Made by a program: the position numbers and the translations under genes
Shown: positions 1 to 13,970 of the stretch, in pieces
How positions within the stretch are numbered: the stretch's first letter is position 1
Layout of the letters: the number at the start of each line of letters is the position of its first letter
The notes under the pieces: generated by a model
Database searches by the model: none
What the model was told of the DNA's origin: nothing
The model's input: the letters and a program-made list of their open reading frames with translations, nothing else
From: the human T2T-CHM13v2.0 reference genome, Homo sapiens
NCBI RefSeq assembly: GCF_009914755.1
Contig: NC_060932.1
DNA: 64,000 nucleotides
Direction: 5' to 3' (one strand)

Positions 1-705
1 GATGAAGCCATACCTGAACTAATTTGCAAGATAAAGCTAAACACAAGAGTGAGAACAAGCAAGTGCTCAACTCCAGGGAAGGGAGATCCATCCTGGGATC
101 TGGTGATGAGCCTTCTGTAAAGAGGAAGGGCTTCTACTATGTCTTGTACCATGGCTAGAACTTAGGCAGATGGAGGGAAACAGAATGGGCAAAGACTTTA
201 AAGAGCAAATGTATGCATAGAGGAGATTGAGCAGATGAATATGGGATTAAACAGGGGAACTTGGGCTTGAAGAGTAAGGTTCTATTCTCATTATTTAGGA
301 GTTTCATTCAGAAACTTCACGTATTACAGCATGTTCCCATTCAAAAATACTAAGCGTGGAGAAATAATGGTTTCTGGTATATAGAAGTCCTCTGGCACCC
401 TAGAATAAACTGTATCACATTCTAGAAGGTGTGTGGACTCATTTTCAAAGAGCAAAGATGACTCTGAGTCATAGCTTTCACGACAATAAAATGGATAAAA
501 TAAAGGTAACTTCCGAAGACTGCCAAATCTTCCTTCCACCAAGCTCATTAAATAATGCCCTTCCATGTATATTCTTTTGGATCCATTATGATAACCCCGA
601 TGGCCACTTTTTGCCCACCTTAATGATAAAATGAAGAAAGCTCCAGGTTTCTTGCATTTTTTAAAGGCAGATGAAACAATCAGCCAATCCCTTTGTCTTT
701 TACAG

Positions 706-855
706 TTTGGGTGTGCACCTGGCTTGCAGCAGAACTGGCTGGGATGGCTTCATAACTTCCCTTCTAACAATATAACAATATGCTTCTGTAAATTTTCACA
801 CTGAATTGGACAAGAATCAGAATATCCTGTTTTGAACATCTGCACAGATTGACAA
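706..855 (+). other. candidate non-coding (lncRNA-type or cryptic) exon
   Basis: Acceptor ccctttgtcttttacAG at 704-705 and donor AA|GTGAGT at 856; 150 nt; stops in all three frames; motifs only, no transcript evidence. Confidence 0.25.
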
Positions 856-1094
856 GTGAGTGATTCTGCCTGCCTGATATATCCCTGTCCCCTTTAATCT
901 TCATACACAAAGAATCTGAAATAGTCCCTCTTACTCTTTCCATCTAGACAAAAATGGAACATCAAGACTGACTGGAAATGGTGATGTGAAATTCATTAAA
1001 TGCTCTTGCAATTGCCAGAGGTGACATATATACATACAGCATCATTGTTTTCTGGAAAATGGGCTACAGGAGAATCTTAAAGAAGCAGTGAATT

Positions 1095-1482
<388 letters not shown>

Positions 1483-2039
1483 TCATTTTTATACTCTGTT
1501 ATATCCAGGCAGGCTCCTCCTGAGTCCCCATTCAACTTTTTTTTTTCTTTTTCTGCTCTTGGCCACGTTTTCTTTCTTTCTTTCTTTTTTTAATAGCCAG
1601 AAGAAAAAGCCTAGATTATGCATTACATGGGTGGAATTCTGGGTTGGATTTCCTAACTCTGAATGGTTTGTAAATCCATTTTACCCACACTGCACAGTGG
1701 GTACCCATGAGTCTGAAATCAACTTTCCGTGAGAGATCCAATAGTCCCTATGTTATAGTGATCATATAAACTTTGGAGACTATATAGGGATTTTTAAAAT
1801 AAGAAATAGGTAAACAGAAAAAGCTAAATAATGCATATAGCAGTTTGAAGCTTTGTTATATTTAATAAAATATGAATGTTGTCATTAAAAAATAAGGAAC
1901 TGATGCCATTTTCTCAGGTCACTGTGGCATCAACAGTCTTCCCTAAAATGACCTCTTTCCCACCCCACTGCCATCCCTTCAATGAACGCCCACTATTGTG
2001 CAACAGCACGCTTGAAAAACTCTTGCTTCAGATAATGTG

Positions 2040-2265
2040 GCATAGCACAAATGGACATGGGCTTTGGAAATAATGGGGCTCAGTTTCAATACCAGATCTG
2101 TCCTTTTCTAACTGTGTGACTTGGTTTTCTTTTCTGTAAGTTGGGGATAATAATTTAGCAATCTCATGGAGCTATTGAACAGACTGAATAGGATACTATA
2201 TGTCCTGGACTTAGTCCAGTATCTGGTGCATGATGGGTGTACAGTAATTGGTAGCTATAAGTACT
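2040..2265 (+). mobile_element. MIR SINE (degenerate)
   Basis: Similarity to MIR core (ctgtgtgacttgg...ctgtaagttggggataataat) and 3' end. Confidence 0.65.
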
Positions 2266-2377
2266 ATAAAAGTCTGACCCTGTGAGAACCTTTGATACTT
2301 AGAGAAAGACCAAAGAGTTGGCTGGCTATCTAAGTGCCTTGCTGAGCCTGGTCAGGGAGAAGGGGTGAACATATATA

Positions 2378-2762
2378 TAAGAAAATGTGGCACATATACA
2401 CCATGGAATACTATGCAGCCATAAAAAATGATGAGTTCATGTCCTTTGTAGGGACATGGATGAAGCTGGAAACCATCATTCTTAGCAAATTATTGCAAGG
2501 ACAAAAAGCCAAACACTGCATGTTCTCACTCATAGGTGGGAATTGAACAATGAGAACACTTGGACACAGGAAGGGGGACATCACACACCGGGGCCTGTTG
2601 TGGGGTGAGGGGAGGGGGGAGGGATAGCATTAGGAGATATACCTAACGTAAATGACGAGTTAATGGGGGCAGCACACCAACATGGCACATGTATACATAT
2701 GTAACAAACCTGCATGTTGTGCACATGTACCCTAGAACTTAAAATATAATTAAAAAAAAAAG
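2378..2762 (+). mobile_element. L1PA (L1PA4-like) 3' fragment
   Basis: L1 ORF2 end and 3'UTR (aagaaaatgtggcacatatacaccatgg...cctagaactt) with G-rich tract and A tail. Confidence 0.92.
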
Positions 2763-3506
2763 AAAGCAAGCTGTGTTGGGCACTTCTCTCTGAGATGCAG
2801 TTAGGGATGGCAATGCTTGTTTCTTTGTTGGGTCTTGTTCATCTCTGAGCATGGTTTGTTTCCTGTTTCTCAGCAATCTCTCTTCCTTCTTTCTTCTGAA
2901 ATCCTTCCAACCTCTTTTTCTTTCCAGCATCTTAATAAAGCTAATAAAGGCTAACACTACCACTCCCTTAGCCTATTGAGATGAGAACATTTTCTTCGTT
3001 ACCCCTGTGGCGATGTGTCATAAACTGGCAGGGTTCTCCATGCTCCCTTTAGCTGGGAAGCCAGCGTGGTAGGACCATGAAGCTTTGAATAGGGAGGGGA
3101 TTGATCAGGGGAGGAAGAAAACAAGCATGAGAGGTAGCTGGATTCGTGTCTCTCCATCAACACCTATGTGCTAGTAGGACAAGGTAGATTCCATTGAGAA
3201 TGGTAAAGGAGGTTTGGAGAAGTCAGGTTAAGGAAACAGTTTAAACGCCCACCACAGCATCTACATTTAGAATCAAAATTTGGTTTCTGTAATGGGAATT
3301 TCATCTGAAATCACAAATCTGTACCCATCATGTTGACTACATCTAGGAAAGTAGCCTGCTCTCATGTGCCTGAAGGTGCACTGAAGCACCTCACTCATTC
3401 CTGCCTTGTTCTAGCACGTACTATTCCTATGACCCTACACATTTTTTCTCAGCTGTAAAATTAAGTTGTTTTAAGATAATATATATATTTTGTGCCTGGA
3501 ATGTAA

Positions 3507-3850
<344 letters not shown>

Positions 3851-4554
3851 AGGAAGAATATTCTTTAAACCGACAGCAAAATGAAAAATAAGAAGTCCGA
3901 GCAAAGAGCTAGGGCGAGTAAAGGAAAATCTTTTATTGATAAAAATATTTGGGATAGTGCCGGGACTTAGAGAGAAATTCTGAACATGGTATTCATCATC
4001 TCTGCCTCCTGACAGAAGCACGTGGTGCCCGGTTTTTACTCACCTGTATAACTCATGATACCAATTTGTAATTAAGAGGAAAGAAAGAAAGGACTAGGGG
4101 GAAAGGGACATTTAGGAGGCTCATCTCGAGGGTTTTCCTTGTTATTTCATGGTTTGGTTTTCTGTGATTGTTGTTCACTTCATTTGTTTTCCTTGTTGCC
4201 CCAGGGAGATATTGGCAAAGTGTGGACCATCATGAATTTATGAGTGCATAGGCTCTTGAGAGCCTGCTGGTTCATGGAAAAGCCCCTAATAAATATGTGG
4301 CCTAAACAGTCATACTTTCTACCCATGCTTAACCTGATGGCTGCCCCTAAGGATAGGAAAATGACATGGAAAGCTTCTGCTTTTCTGGATTGTTTAATTT
4401 AAATCCCGTGTTCTGATACAAACTTGCCATTGGAAAAAAGAACCTTGGTACAAGGTGTCATGGACTGACTGTCCTGAAGACCAAGCGTGGGCCTATGAGC
4501 AGTAAATTTTTATATCATAAAAATTACAATGGTGGTGAAAAGAAGTGACGATAA

Positions 4555-4780
4555 TACTAGCTATTAACTATGATGATGGACTCCATGCTAAAGATTTTGT
4601 AGATATTATCTTTAATTCTCAAAACAATACTGCAATATACTTATTTATTATCCCCATTTTACAGGTGCCAAGACTGAGGCTCAGAGAAATGAAATAACAT
4701 GCCAAAGGTCACAGTGTCTAGTGGAGCTGGGGCCAAATTCAGGTTCGCGTGGTAATAAAGCTTTTTTTATGCCATCACCC
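4555..4780 (-). mobile_element. MIR SINE
   Basis: ccccattttacag...actgaggctcagaga...aaggtcacag core. Confidence 0.75.
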
Positions 4781-7638
4781 TGCATAACTGTCTGTTATGA
4801 TCTTTGAAAAGTCAGATTTTTTCAAAATCACAAAAATTCTAATTTTGATTGCCTTACACACTCTTCCTCATCATTGTATTTTTCTATTGGAATTAAAGTT
4901 TGCAACCTTTGGAGACTAGAAATCTAAGGCAGCAATTTCAGATGTTTTGAAGACCCTCATAAACTACAATTAGTCCACAATAACTAGCAAGAAACAAACA
5001 CTTCTAAAAAAAGCATCTAGTCATTTAAAATGATTTTTAATTTCATGACTAGTATATAATTATACAAGAACAGAGCTATTTAGTTAGAAAAAATAACTTT
5101 GAAGATGAGAGTCCATTTAGTATTTATTTGCTCCAAGGTTCTAATTACTTCAAAAACTACTGAAACTTCATATATGATTACTAACAGCATTCAATAGCAG
5201 CTTTGATGGAAGTTGAACCAATCTTTTAAAAATTTTTTAGCCTCATTAACATGAGAGAAATAAAAAATAATAAATACCAGGGGCACATATATATGATGTC
5301 ATTATTACTTTCCCACTTTGTTGCCAGTTCAGGTCTCCCATGCTAGAAAAATGAAAAATAAAACCTAACATGTCTTCCTGGTCATTTTGGAATTGAGGCC
5401 AACAAAATAAGACCAGTGAAGAACAATAAACACAGTATTGTTTTTCTGTAATATATTAGCAAATCCTGGTAGCTTCAATTTTGTTTCATTACATTTCCAA
5501 TATGTGCATCCATCAATTCATCTTCTTTTCTTCCCATAGTTAAGATTTATGCACTTTATTAATCACCTCAAGACAGTCATCTCAGCAGTTTCATTTGGTG
5601 GAGTAAACCAGTCAAACCCCATCAGACTTCTGGGGATGTCACACAGCAAACTTTGGATTCCTGGCAACTTGAATCACCCTTGCCAATATGAGATTTTTCA
5701 GAGCAATCCATCTTAGGGCCAACTAATATATCACATCTGCCTCTGCTCTTTTCCTAATTAATAGGTTCAAAGAGAGACACCTGCTAGATCACACAAATGT
5801 CCCCCTGAAGCAGCCTCAGCATATAGGTTCCTTGGCAGCAGCAGATCAAAATGGCAGGCAGTTAAATGTTCTATTTTCCAAATGCAAGTTGAATGATATG
5901 AAGGGTCTAGGTGGCATTCAGCAAACCCACATTCTCCAAAGGGCTTTTAAAAACAAAGGTAACACATTCTTCACATTCACTGCATGCTCAGGTGGTTTAA
6001 AAATATGATGTTGCCATGTGTGATGGACCAATCATTTGTGCTGGCTTCTAGCTTACAGCAGTGCTAACCAGAATCAGGGCTGCTGACACTCTACTTAAGT
6101 TGTTGCCACCTGTTCTAATTCTTGGTAACTGTATTTTTTGTTATCATTTTTTTGATGCCAACTGCATTCTCCCTAAAGTTCTGAAAGGACATAGTTCTAA
6201 AGTTAGTGTGCTCTTAATTAATTTAAAAATATGCTTTATTAAGTCCCCAACTGTGCATTTGAGTTACCTGCCAGCTTCTTTTGAGATACAGAGAGTAAAG
6301 ACTTGGGTTCCAAATGTAACTAGATCAGAAAGATCTAACTACATTTCCAAATCAGAAAGAAGCAAATTTACAAAATTATTCATTCAAGAGAGATATCTTC
6401 TGAGCCTTTTTAGGTCTTGTCTGTTTCTATGATCAAACAGAAGGGTTTGGGTGTGCACTTTTCACACTAAAAGACTCAAATAAGGAAGATTCAATGACTT
6501 GTAAGCTTGCAAAGGATCAGCTAAGTAAAAATTATAACCTTATATAACAGCACTGCACATAAGACCAAAAATAAAAAATGCCCTATTTGATATTAAGAAA
6601 ATGTAATGAAAAATCCAGAGAGGAAAATGGGTTACCACAGTGCTATTTCTATGGTCTTTCAAATGCAGTCACACTTCCAAAATCTTGCAATTAATGGCAT
6701 TAAAAACTCTCCAGCCTCACAAGTTTATTAAGTAGCAGTGTAGTTAAACAAAAAGGGTGCTAGACTAGACATTGAGAGATCTATACTCTAGCCTTGACTG
6801 TGCCTTAAACTGTAGTGTGTTGGTCTTGAACCATGGAACCCACCATACAGTAAGTGGGCTGGAATAAACAATGGCTACCCACTGGTTGCCCTCAAAGGTA
6901 GCAGTGGGTCTCCTCGCACTATTTTTCCTTCTTAGAAAAAGCCAAGAAATCATATTAACCCATAATATGATTCACAAATTAGTCAAAACATCACATTTAT
7001 TTGCTTTTTGCTTAAATTACATTAACTGAAAGAGTTAACACTAGTTATTTCATGCTAATCCATTGCTCCCATTCAGGGATCATGTTTCTACTTAGTGATA
7101 AATCAAGTTAATTACTACTTAAGTTCAAATTGTAAAGGGGATCTTGCAAAAAGTAAAACTCATAGGGAAACTAAGTTCTGAGTGGGAACTTGGTGGTGAC
7201 CAGTTAGGAAAGGGTTTTACTAAAATCCCTTCCAGTTCAGGATTTCTATGACTGCAAATATATAAATATGAAAAATAATTAGTCTTTTTCCAGTGTCTTT
7301 TGAATTTCAGTGTAGAACTGTTTTATTTACTAAATGCATGCCTTTACAACTCTTACAGAGAGAACATATACTTGCAGAGAGAGCATTCTAGCCAAACTCA
7401 CCATTTCCTTGGCTGGCCTGCTCCTCGCTTCACTGGCCTAATTATTCTCATAAGCAGCTTAACTGAAATGTTGGCTTACAAATTTATATTTCAATTTAAT
7501 TGTGCCCAGTTCCTAGTACAATGAAAATGTTAAAAGTCTTTTCCTATTTTGACAGTGTTTCACTGTGTTTATTTTTAGGGACACTAACAAATAAACTTCA
7601 TGTTATCTTTATACATACACCTTTTCTTTTTTCTTTAG

Positions 7639-7772
7639 ATTAACAACACACAGGAAAAACCCTCAACTTCTTTCATTCGCCTGTTGAGATAAAGGGAAAG
7701 AGAGTCCCCATCCAGGCCTGCAGGAGAGGGAGAACTGGTGGATGCAAATGAAAAAGCAGAGGCATTCCTCAG
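7639..7772 (+). other. candidate non-coding (lncRNA-type or cryptic) exon
   Basis: Acceptor cttttcttttttctttAG at 7637-7638, donor CAG|GTCAGT at 7773; 134 nt; stops in all three frames; motifs only. Confidence 0.25.
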
Positions 7773-8198
7773 GTCAGTCCTATGGCCCAGGCTGCCTGGG
7801 TGCTCCCATTCTATTCTTTTCCATCATTTAGTAAACAATGTTCTCAAAGGGGGAAAAAACAGGAAGTGGAAAAAAGAATGACATGGAAAGTCAGTAATCA
7901 TTGTCCTTGGGGAATGGAACACAGAATTCCCCTTATGGTCTAATTATTCTTTCATATCTTTACTGAGCCCAAATCAGGCGAGTTTCCAGGGTCTGGCTGA
8001 TGTTTCAGGGGCCTGGTTTCTGCCAGTCCTCAGCTCTGAAGGGAAATATTTACTAACTTCCTGAAGCTTCCCTATTATCATCTATTATTATTTAGTTCGC
8101 AGAAAAATCTCTGTCATTTTTCTAACACAGAAGAGAAAAGCTAGAGGAACATGAAAGACCCATGTAAACTGTCATGTGTTTTCTCGGTTGAAGCCACA

Positions 8199-8301
8199 AG
8201 CTGCTTCCTGTTGCCCTGATACCTCCTCCCAAAGTTACTTCCATAGAGTGACTTCCATAGAGTGACTTTGGAAGGAGGTATCAGGGCAACAAGAAGCAGC
8301 T
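8199..8301. repeat. near-perfect inverted repeat / hairpin (41-bp arms, 21-nt loop)
   Basis: 8199-8239 is the reverse complement of 8261-8301 at 38/41 positions; 14-bp tandem duplication acttccatagagtg at 8237-8250 / 8251-8264. Confidence 0.95.
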
Positions 8302-8534
8302 GACTCATTGCCAACACCCTGTTAGGCACTCAGCAATGGATCCTAAGCATGCTCCTGTTTCACCTGGTGAAAGCAAATAGTATGTTTCTTTTCTTATCTG
8401 TGCTTCTGCTTGTGAGTATATAAAAGAGGAAAAGTGCTACAAGGCGATGCTTTAGAAATTGAATTCTATTGCCCATTATAAATGGCTGCATGCTAGAATC
8501 AGGGGATCTTGGTAAGCCTACTAAAATGCATTCT

Positions 8535-8748
8535 GTGATACAATGGACTTTGGGAACTTGCAGGAAAGGGCAGGAGGGGGTAGGGGGCGAGGGATAAAAG
8601 ACTGCAAATACGGTGCTGTGTAAACTGCTTGGGTGATGGGTGCACCAAAATCTCACAAATCACCACTAAAGAACTCACTCTTATAACCAAACACCACCTG
8701 TACCCCAATAACCTATGAAAAAATAAACAATATAATAATAATAATAAA
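8535..8748 (+). mobile_element. L1PB 3' end fragment
   Basis: gatacaatggactttggg...gggtgatgggtgcaccaaaatctcacaaatcaccactaaagaac L1PB 3'UTR plus A-rich tail. Confidence 0.85.
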
Positions 8749-8767
8749 GTAATGTCCAAAACTGCAA

Positions 8768-8774
8768 ACACACA

Positions 8775-8826
<52 letters not shown>
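8768..8826. repeat. (CA)n microsatellite
   Basis: About 29 CA units with one interruption. Confidence 0.98.
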
Positions 8827-8829
<3 letters not shown>

Positions 8830-8962
8830 TCCAGAGACCTTGGATCAAAGGCAGTGTTCACAGATTCATAGAAAAAACAACAATATAATAATAGCTACCT
8901 CTATTTAGTTCTACTTCTTGGCTAGTCTAGACTTTATTTAGTCTTCATTCCATTATCTGAGG

Positions 8963-9528
8963 ACTAGAAATACCATTTGACCCAACCATCCCATTACTGG
9001 GTATATACCCAAATGACTATAAATCATGCTGCTATAAAGACACATGCACACGTATGTTTATTGCAGCATTATTCACAATAGCAAAGACTTGGAACCAACC
9101 CAAATGTCCAACAATGATAGACTGGATTAAGAAAATGTGGCACATATACACCACGGAATACTATGCAGCCATAAAAAATGATGAGTTCATGTCCTTGGTA
9201 GGGACATGGATGAAATTGGAAATCATCATTCTCAGTAAACTATCGCAAGAACAAAAAACCAAACACCACATATTCTCACTCATAGGTGGGAACTGAACAA
9301 TGAGATCACATGGACACAGGAAGGGGAATATCACACTCTGGGGACTGTGGTGGGGTGGGGGGAGGGGGGAGGGATAGCACTGGGAGATATACCTAATGCC
9401 AGATGACGAGTTAGTGGGTGCAGCGCACCAGCATGGCACATGTATACATATGTAACTAACCTGCACAATGTGCACATGTACCCTAAAACTTAAAGTATAA
9501 TAATAAAAAAACAAACAAACAAAAAAAA
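8963..9528 (+). mobile_element. L1PA2-like 5'-truncated L1 inserted into a MIR
   Basis: ORF2 C-terminus (MFIAALFTIAKTWNQPKCP...), gagatcacatggacac and gatgacGAGttag (GAG, not the L1Hs ACA/ACG); antisense MIR pieces at ~8885-8958 and ~9529-9640. Confidence 0.92.
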
Positions 9529-12096
9529 TCAATAACAAACCTTGCAAATTGGGCATTTTTTTTTTCTTATGCTGTGTTTGAAGCTCAGAAACATTAAGCA
9601 ACATCTCTAAGACCACATAAGTGCTAATGGCAGAAACCAGCTGAATGTTTTCCAGATACATTAAGGATTACCCAGACCTAGTCCCCTAAGTTTATACAAG
9701 AGATGCTGAAATTTACAACAGGGAGATTTAGACAAGATAAAATAGTGAGTGTAAAGTGTTCAGCTGTGGATTTTTAATACAACCAACTCTGATGATTCAT
9801 GATGACTGAAGGGAAAGTTACTTTGATGGTTACCTTCTTGAGGGCCAGAAAAATGTCTTTTTTTGCCCACATTAGTGGTGACACAGGCTAGGCATTTAAC
9901 CAATATTTGCTAATGAAAAGACAATATATAACATTGAAAACAGAAACATACAGAAGTCAATTTATATTTGGTTTAAAAATACATGGTTTTCCTCAGCAAT
10001 TTATGTTCTTAGGAAATTATATCTTCTTTAGGATTACCATAGCCAGTTTGCCTTTATTTACTTATTTTTTAAAAATTTTAACACTGTGGTGAAAATTGGA
10101 ACCAGATGTATGTTGCTAGAAGCCAGCTGAAGATGCAAAATGCCAATACCCCCAATGTACAGGCAGGTCATAGTTCTCAAAGTGATATCCCCTACTCTCG
10201 GGGCTCAAAGCTCACTTCTTCAAGGAATCCCAACTCCTTTCATAACCAGTCTGTTGGCAAAACCTGATTCCCATTGATGGATAAGATGTGGCAGGAAGAG
10301 ATGAAGGGGTTGGAATGCCAGTGGGAAAAATGTGGTACCCCTTACCAGTCATCAGACAGAAGCCAGCTCTAGCGAACCATTCTCACACTGGATCTCTAAG
10401 GCACTCAAGGCATATCTCAAAGCTAATAATACACTGAAATCAAAGTAACATTTAGCAAAACTGACTTAGCTTAGCAGAACTGGCTCCAAGTTTGGGGTAT
10501 CCTTGCTCCCCAGTGTGATGGCAGCCTGCTGTCATGTCAGACACCTACCTGTCAGGTTAGGTGGGGAAAACACTTACTTAGCAATGAGGCATGAGCTGAC
10601 ATTCAGGGACAAGAGCAGAGAGTCTGCCATGCAGCACTGGAGAGAAAAGCCCTTCCTTCCACACTGACAGCCAGGAATGCCATTTTCTTGCTCAATGAGT
10701 GCAAATCTTTTCACTTCTACCCAAAAGCACTGGAGCCTGACTGTACATCCTGACTTTCCCCTGAGCTGAGCAGGCTGAAAAGACTGGCATGGGTTTAAAA
10801 AACATGATCAATTTAGGCATGCGGCGTCATCAGCAAATGGAACATAAAGTTAATTGTTTCACCAGAGGAAGAAGAGCTTCAGCAGCTTTCTTCACCAGTC
10901 GGGTTGGGAGTGCTTCACGTGCCCTGAAGCTCCTCAATCACCAATAGTTTTATGTCAGGGGGTCCATTTCCAAAAGGTATTTTTCAGTGTGACATTAATA
11001 ATTTATGAATAGGCCAGCACACAAAACTGTATTTGTAAGAGGGACTGAGTGGTGGGATAAACAGGAACTTAACTTCTTAGTAAAAGCAGAAGGATGAAAA
11101 CATAAAAAGTAAAATATTTTTTAAAATTCTTGCAATATGCAGAGTATAAATATTATCTCACATCTACTGTCAATAATCAGAAAATAAAAAAGAATCATGT
11201 AGGGTCATGCAACGAAAAGTGATACTTCGTACATCCTTTCTCCTGTTATGTGCTCTCTGAGCATCTGCTTGGATCTGGGTACATTAATCTGATTAACGGG
11301 AATTTTTACAAGTGATTAGGCTCATCTAGTTAAGGAAGACTGGGATGTATTTTACTCTGTGTGTACTGTCAACAGAATTGTCAACAAAGTTTAGAAAGCA
11401 GGAACTGTATTATATAATTATGGAGAAGGAAATGGGGAGGATCCCGCTTTAGTTCACAGTGCTGGCAGTTAGAAAGAAGAAAACAAACTTCTTTTTTTTT
11501 TACGTGAAAATTGGGAAAACAGGACATACAAGTCATCTAGATACAAAGGGAATGGAACTTGTCAATTTTTGGCATACAATTCACTTAGAATTCTCCATCA
11601 CAACATGAACTAAAAAGAACTGATTTCTTCTAATCAGCTGAATTACAAGGTCAGAACTCTAAATTATTGCTTTGTTGTTTGAGCTGCAAATTATTGGTGA
11701 AAGGCTATTTTTATGCATTTATTTAATCTCTGTATATACTTTTCTCATTGCTATCAAAAAATGCTGTGATGCAAATATTTATTGCAATCCAATATGTATA
11801 GATAACATTTTTTATCATTCTAAAGCTTAGAGATGCTTTGAACCTCTGAACTAACCAATATTCTGCCAATATGAAGATAAGATCATGTCCAAACTGCACA
11901 TTCAAATCTGAAACATCAGTGGATAATAATGATGTGTAATTCTACATATGAAAGTATCAGATGCTGGAAACTCAATTTAGTTTTGTAAATCCACAGCAAT
12001 TTTTATTAAATAAAAGCCTAGGTGAGAAAAATAAGTTATATCCTAGCACACAGAAGACTGCTTAATAAGTGCAATGATAACCCCAGCTGTCACTGA

Positions 12097-12393
<297 letters not shown>

Positions 12394-12739
12394 AATTGAG
12401 CATTTTCTAAGCAGTTCACACTGGGATGGGAAGTAAGGCAATTCAGTAAAATATAGGATCCAGATCTTGCTTTTATGAAGTCAAAATATAGGTAATAGAA
12501 AAAACAGTAAAATGACCGTAACTGAGCATTTCCTGTGGATATGCATTTAGCAAGGAACTACATATGTAGGTTTGACATTCACAATAAACCTACCAGAAAA
12601 GCATAACCATGCCCACATCACTGGTAAGAAGACTGAAGGCCAGTGGGACCATCACAAAACAAAAAGCTACAAGAACCTTCTCTCCAGCTATCTCACTGCT
12701 CTCCAAACCCTCTCTGTGATGCCCTACACTTGTTTGTTC

Positions 12740-13082
12740 TTGATTTCTTCAATGCACAATGCTTTCAGTTTTTGCTTGAACTTGTGTTCAAAATGTTCCC
12801 TCTGCCTCTAGCTGCAGCTCAAATATCCCCTCCTCAGAAAAGGAAGCCTTTCTTGATCATTCATGCCAGGTTGGCCTCTTCTCTTATGTGCTTAGCACTT
12901 AAGAAAATCTGTAATTCCCTATTTATTTCCAGGAATATTTGATTAATATCTTTTTCTCCCACTGGATTGTAAATTCCCCGAAGGCACAGCCTGCATGTGT
13001 TACACTCTTCACATATCTCCAGCACTTGGTGAAGTGCAAGGCACATAGTAGGTACCCAGTCAACATTGGTGGAAAGAATGAC
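12740..13082 (+). mobile_element. L2 LINE 3' fragment
   Basis: actggattgtaaattcccc...ggcacatagtaggtacccagtcaacattgg L2 3' end. Confidence 0.7.
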
Positions 13083-13257
13083 ATAGCAGCTATTTGCTGA
13101 CACAGCCGAGATTGGAATAGAAACATGCCTTTCTACCATGCCAATTTATCTTTATTGTGTATTCATCACCTATTATCAAAATGCATTTGCCATCTTGTGT
13201 TATCCTACAAAATAAGGCAAACTAAGCTCTGGTCTTGATGCCTAATTATTAAGTGTT

Positions 13258-13410
13258 GGTTCATTCACTCACTCATTCATTCATTTGTTCATCATGTATT
13301 CAACAAACATCTGTTGACCACCTACTCTGTGCTAGGCACTGTTCTAAGTGCCTAGGATACAACAGTGTACAAAACAGATACAAGTCCTTAGAATGAATGA
13401 CATTCTGGTC
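13258..13410 (-). mobile_element. L2 LINE 3' end
   Basis: (ttca)n followed by caacaaacatctgttgaccacctactctgtgctaggcactg. Confidence 0.8.
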
Positions 13411-13789
13411 TAAAACATGCTAGTTGACAATCTTGATCCGATTTCTAAGTGTCTGATGTATATGGCTGCATATTTAAGGTTGCATGGCATATTGATGTGC
13501 AGACTGATAGACAACTATTAATTAATATAGATATATTAACTATGAGGCCTGTCTATGAAATGATGAGGTAAGTGTAGAGATAAGCCCTCCATATGGATGT
13601 ATTCAAATGACTGGTGCTTTTCAGGAGCCAGGCATTTATTTCATCCATGTTCACCATGGCTCACCATGTAACTAGAACATCTTTTTGACAGTTGATTTCA
13701 TGACTGGTTTATGTGCCACAGAAGAAAACTGAGGTTATCACTATGCAGTTGCTCTGCATTTTTGTCCCCAACTTGATGATATAACTGAT

Positions 13790-13970
13790 CCTAAGACTAT
13801 CCAAAAGAATGTCACTAAAGCCCTGATGGTCACTCAAAAAGAAGAGTTACCCAAATGTTTAAGGGAAGGTCACGTCACTAGAATAGAGACACCACCTTCC
13901 GAAGGGACTAATTTCACAGGAGCAGCATACATTGGATAAACATACTTTGGTATGTCCATTTAAAAAGCAT
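13790..13970 (+). mobile_element. ancient mariner remnant (MARNA-like)
   Basis: caaaagaatgtcactaaagccctgatggtcactcaaaaagaagagttacccaaatgttt resembles the 3' part of the MARNA consensus. Confidence 0.5.

Noticed and set aside
6313-6347. Small hairpin aaatgta-ac-tagatc-agaaa-gatcta-ac-tacattt
   Set aside because: Short and AT-rich; expected by chance in 64 kb
9054-9296. 80-aa ORF resembling a real protein
   Set aside because: It is the L1 ORF2 C-terminus of a 5'-truncated L1PA2, not a gene
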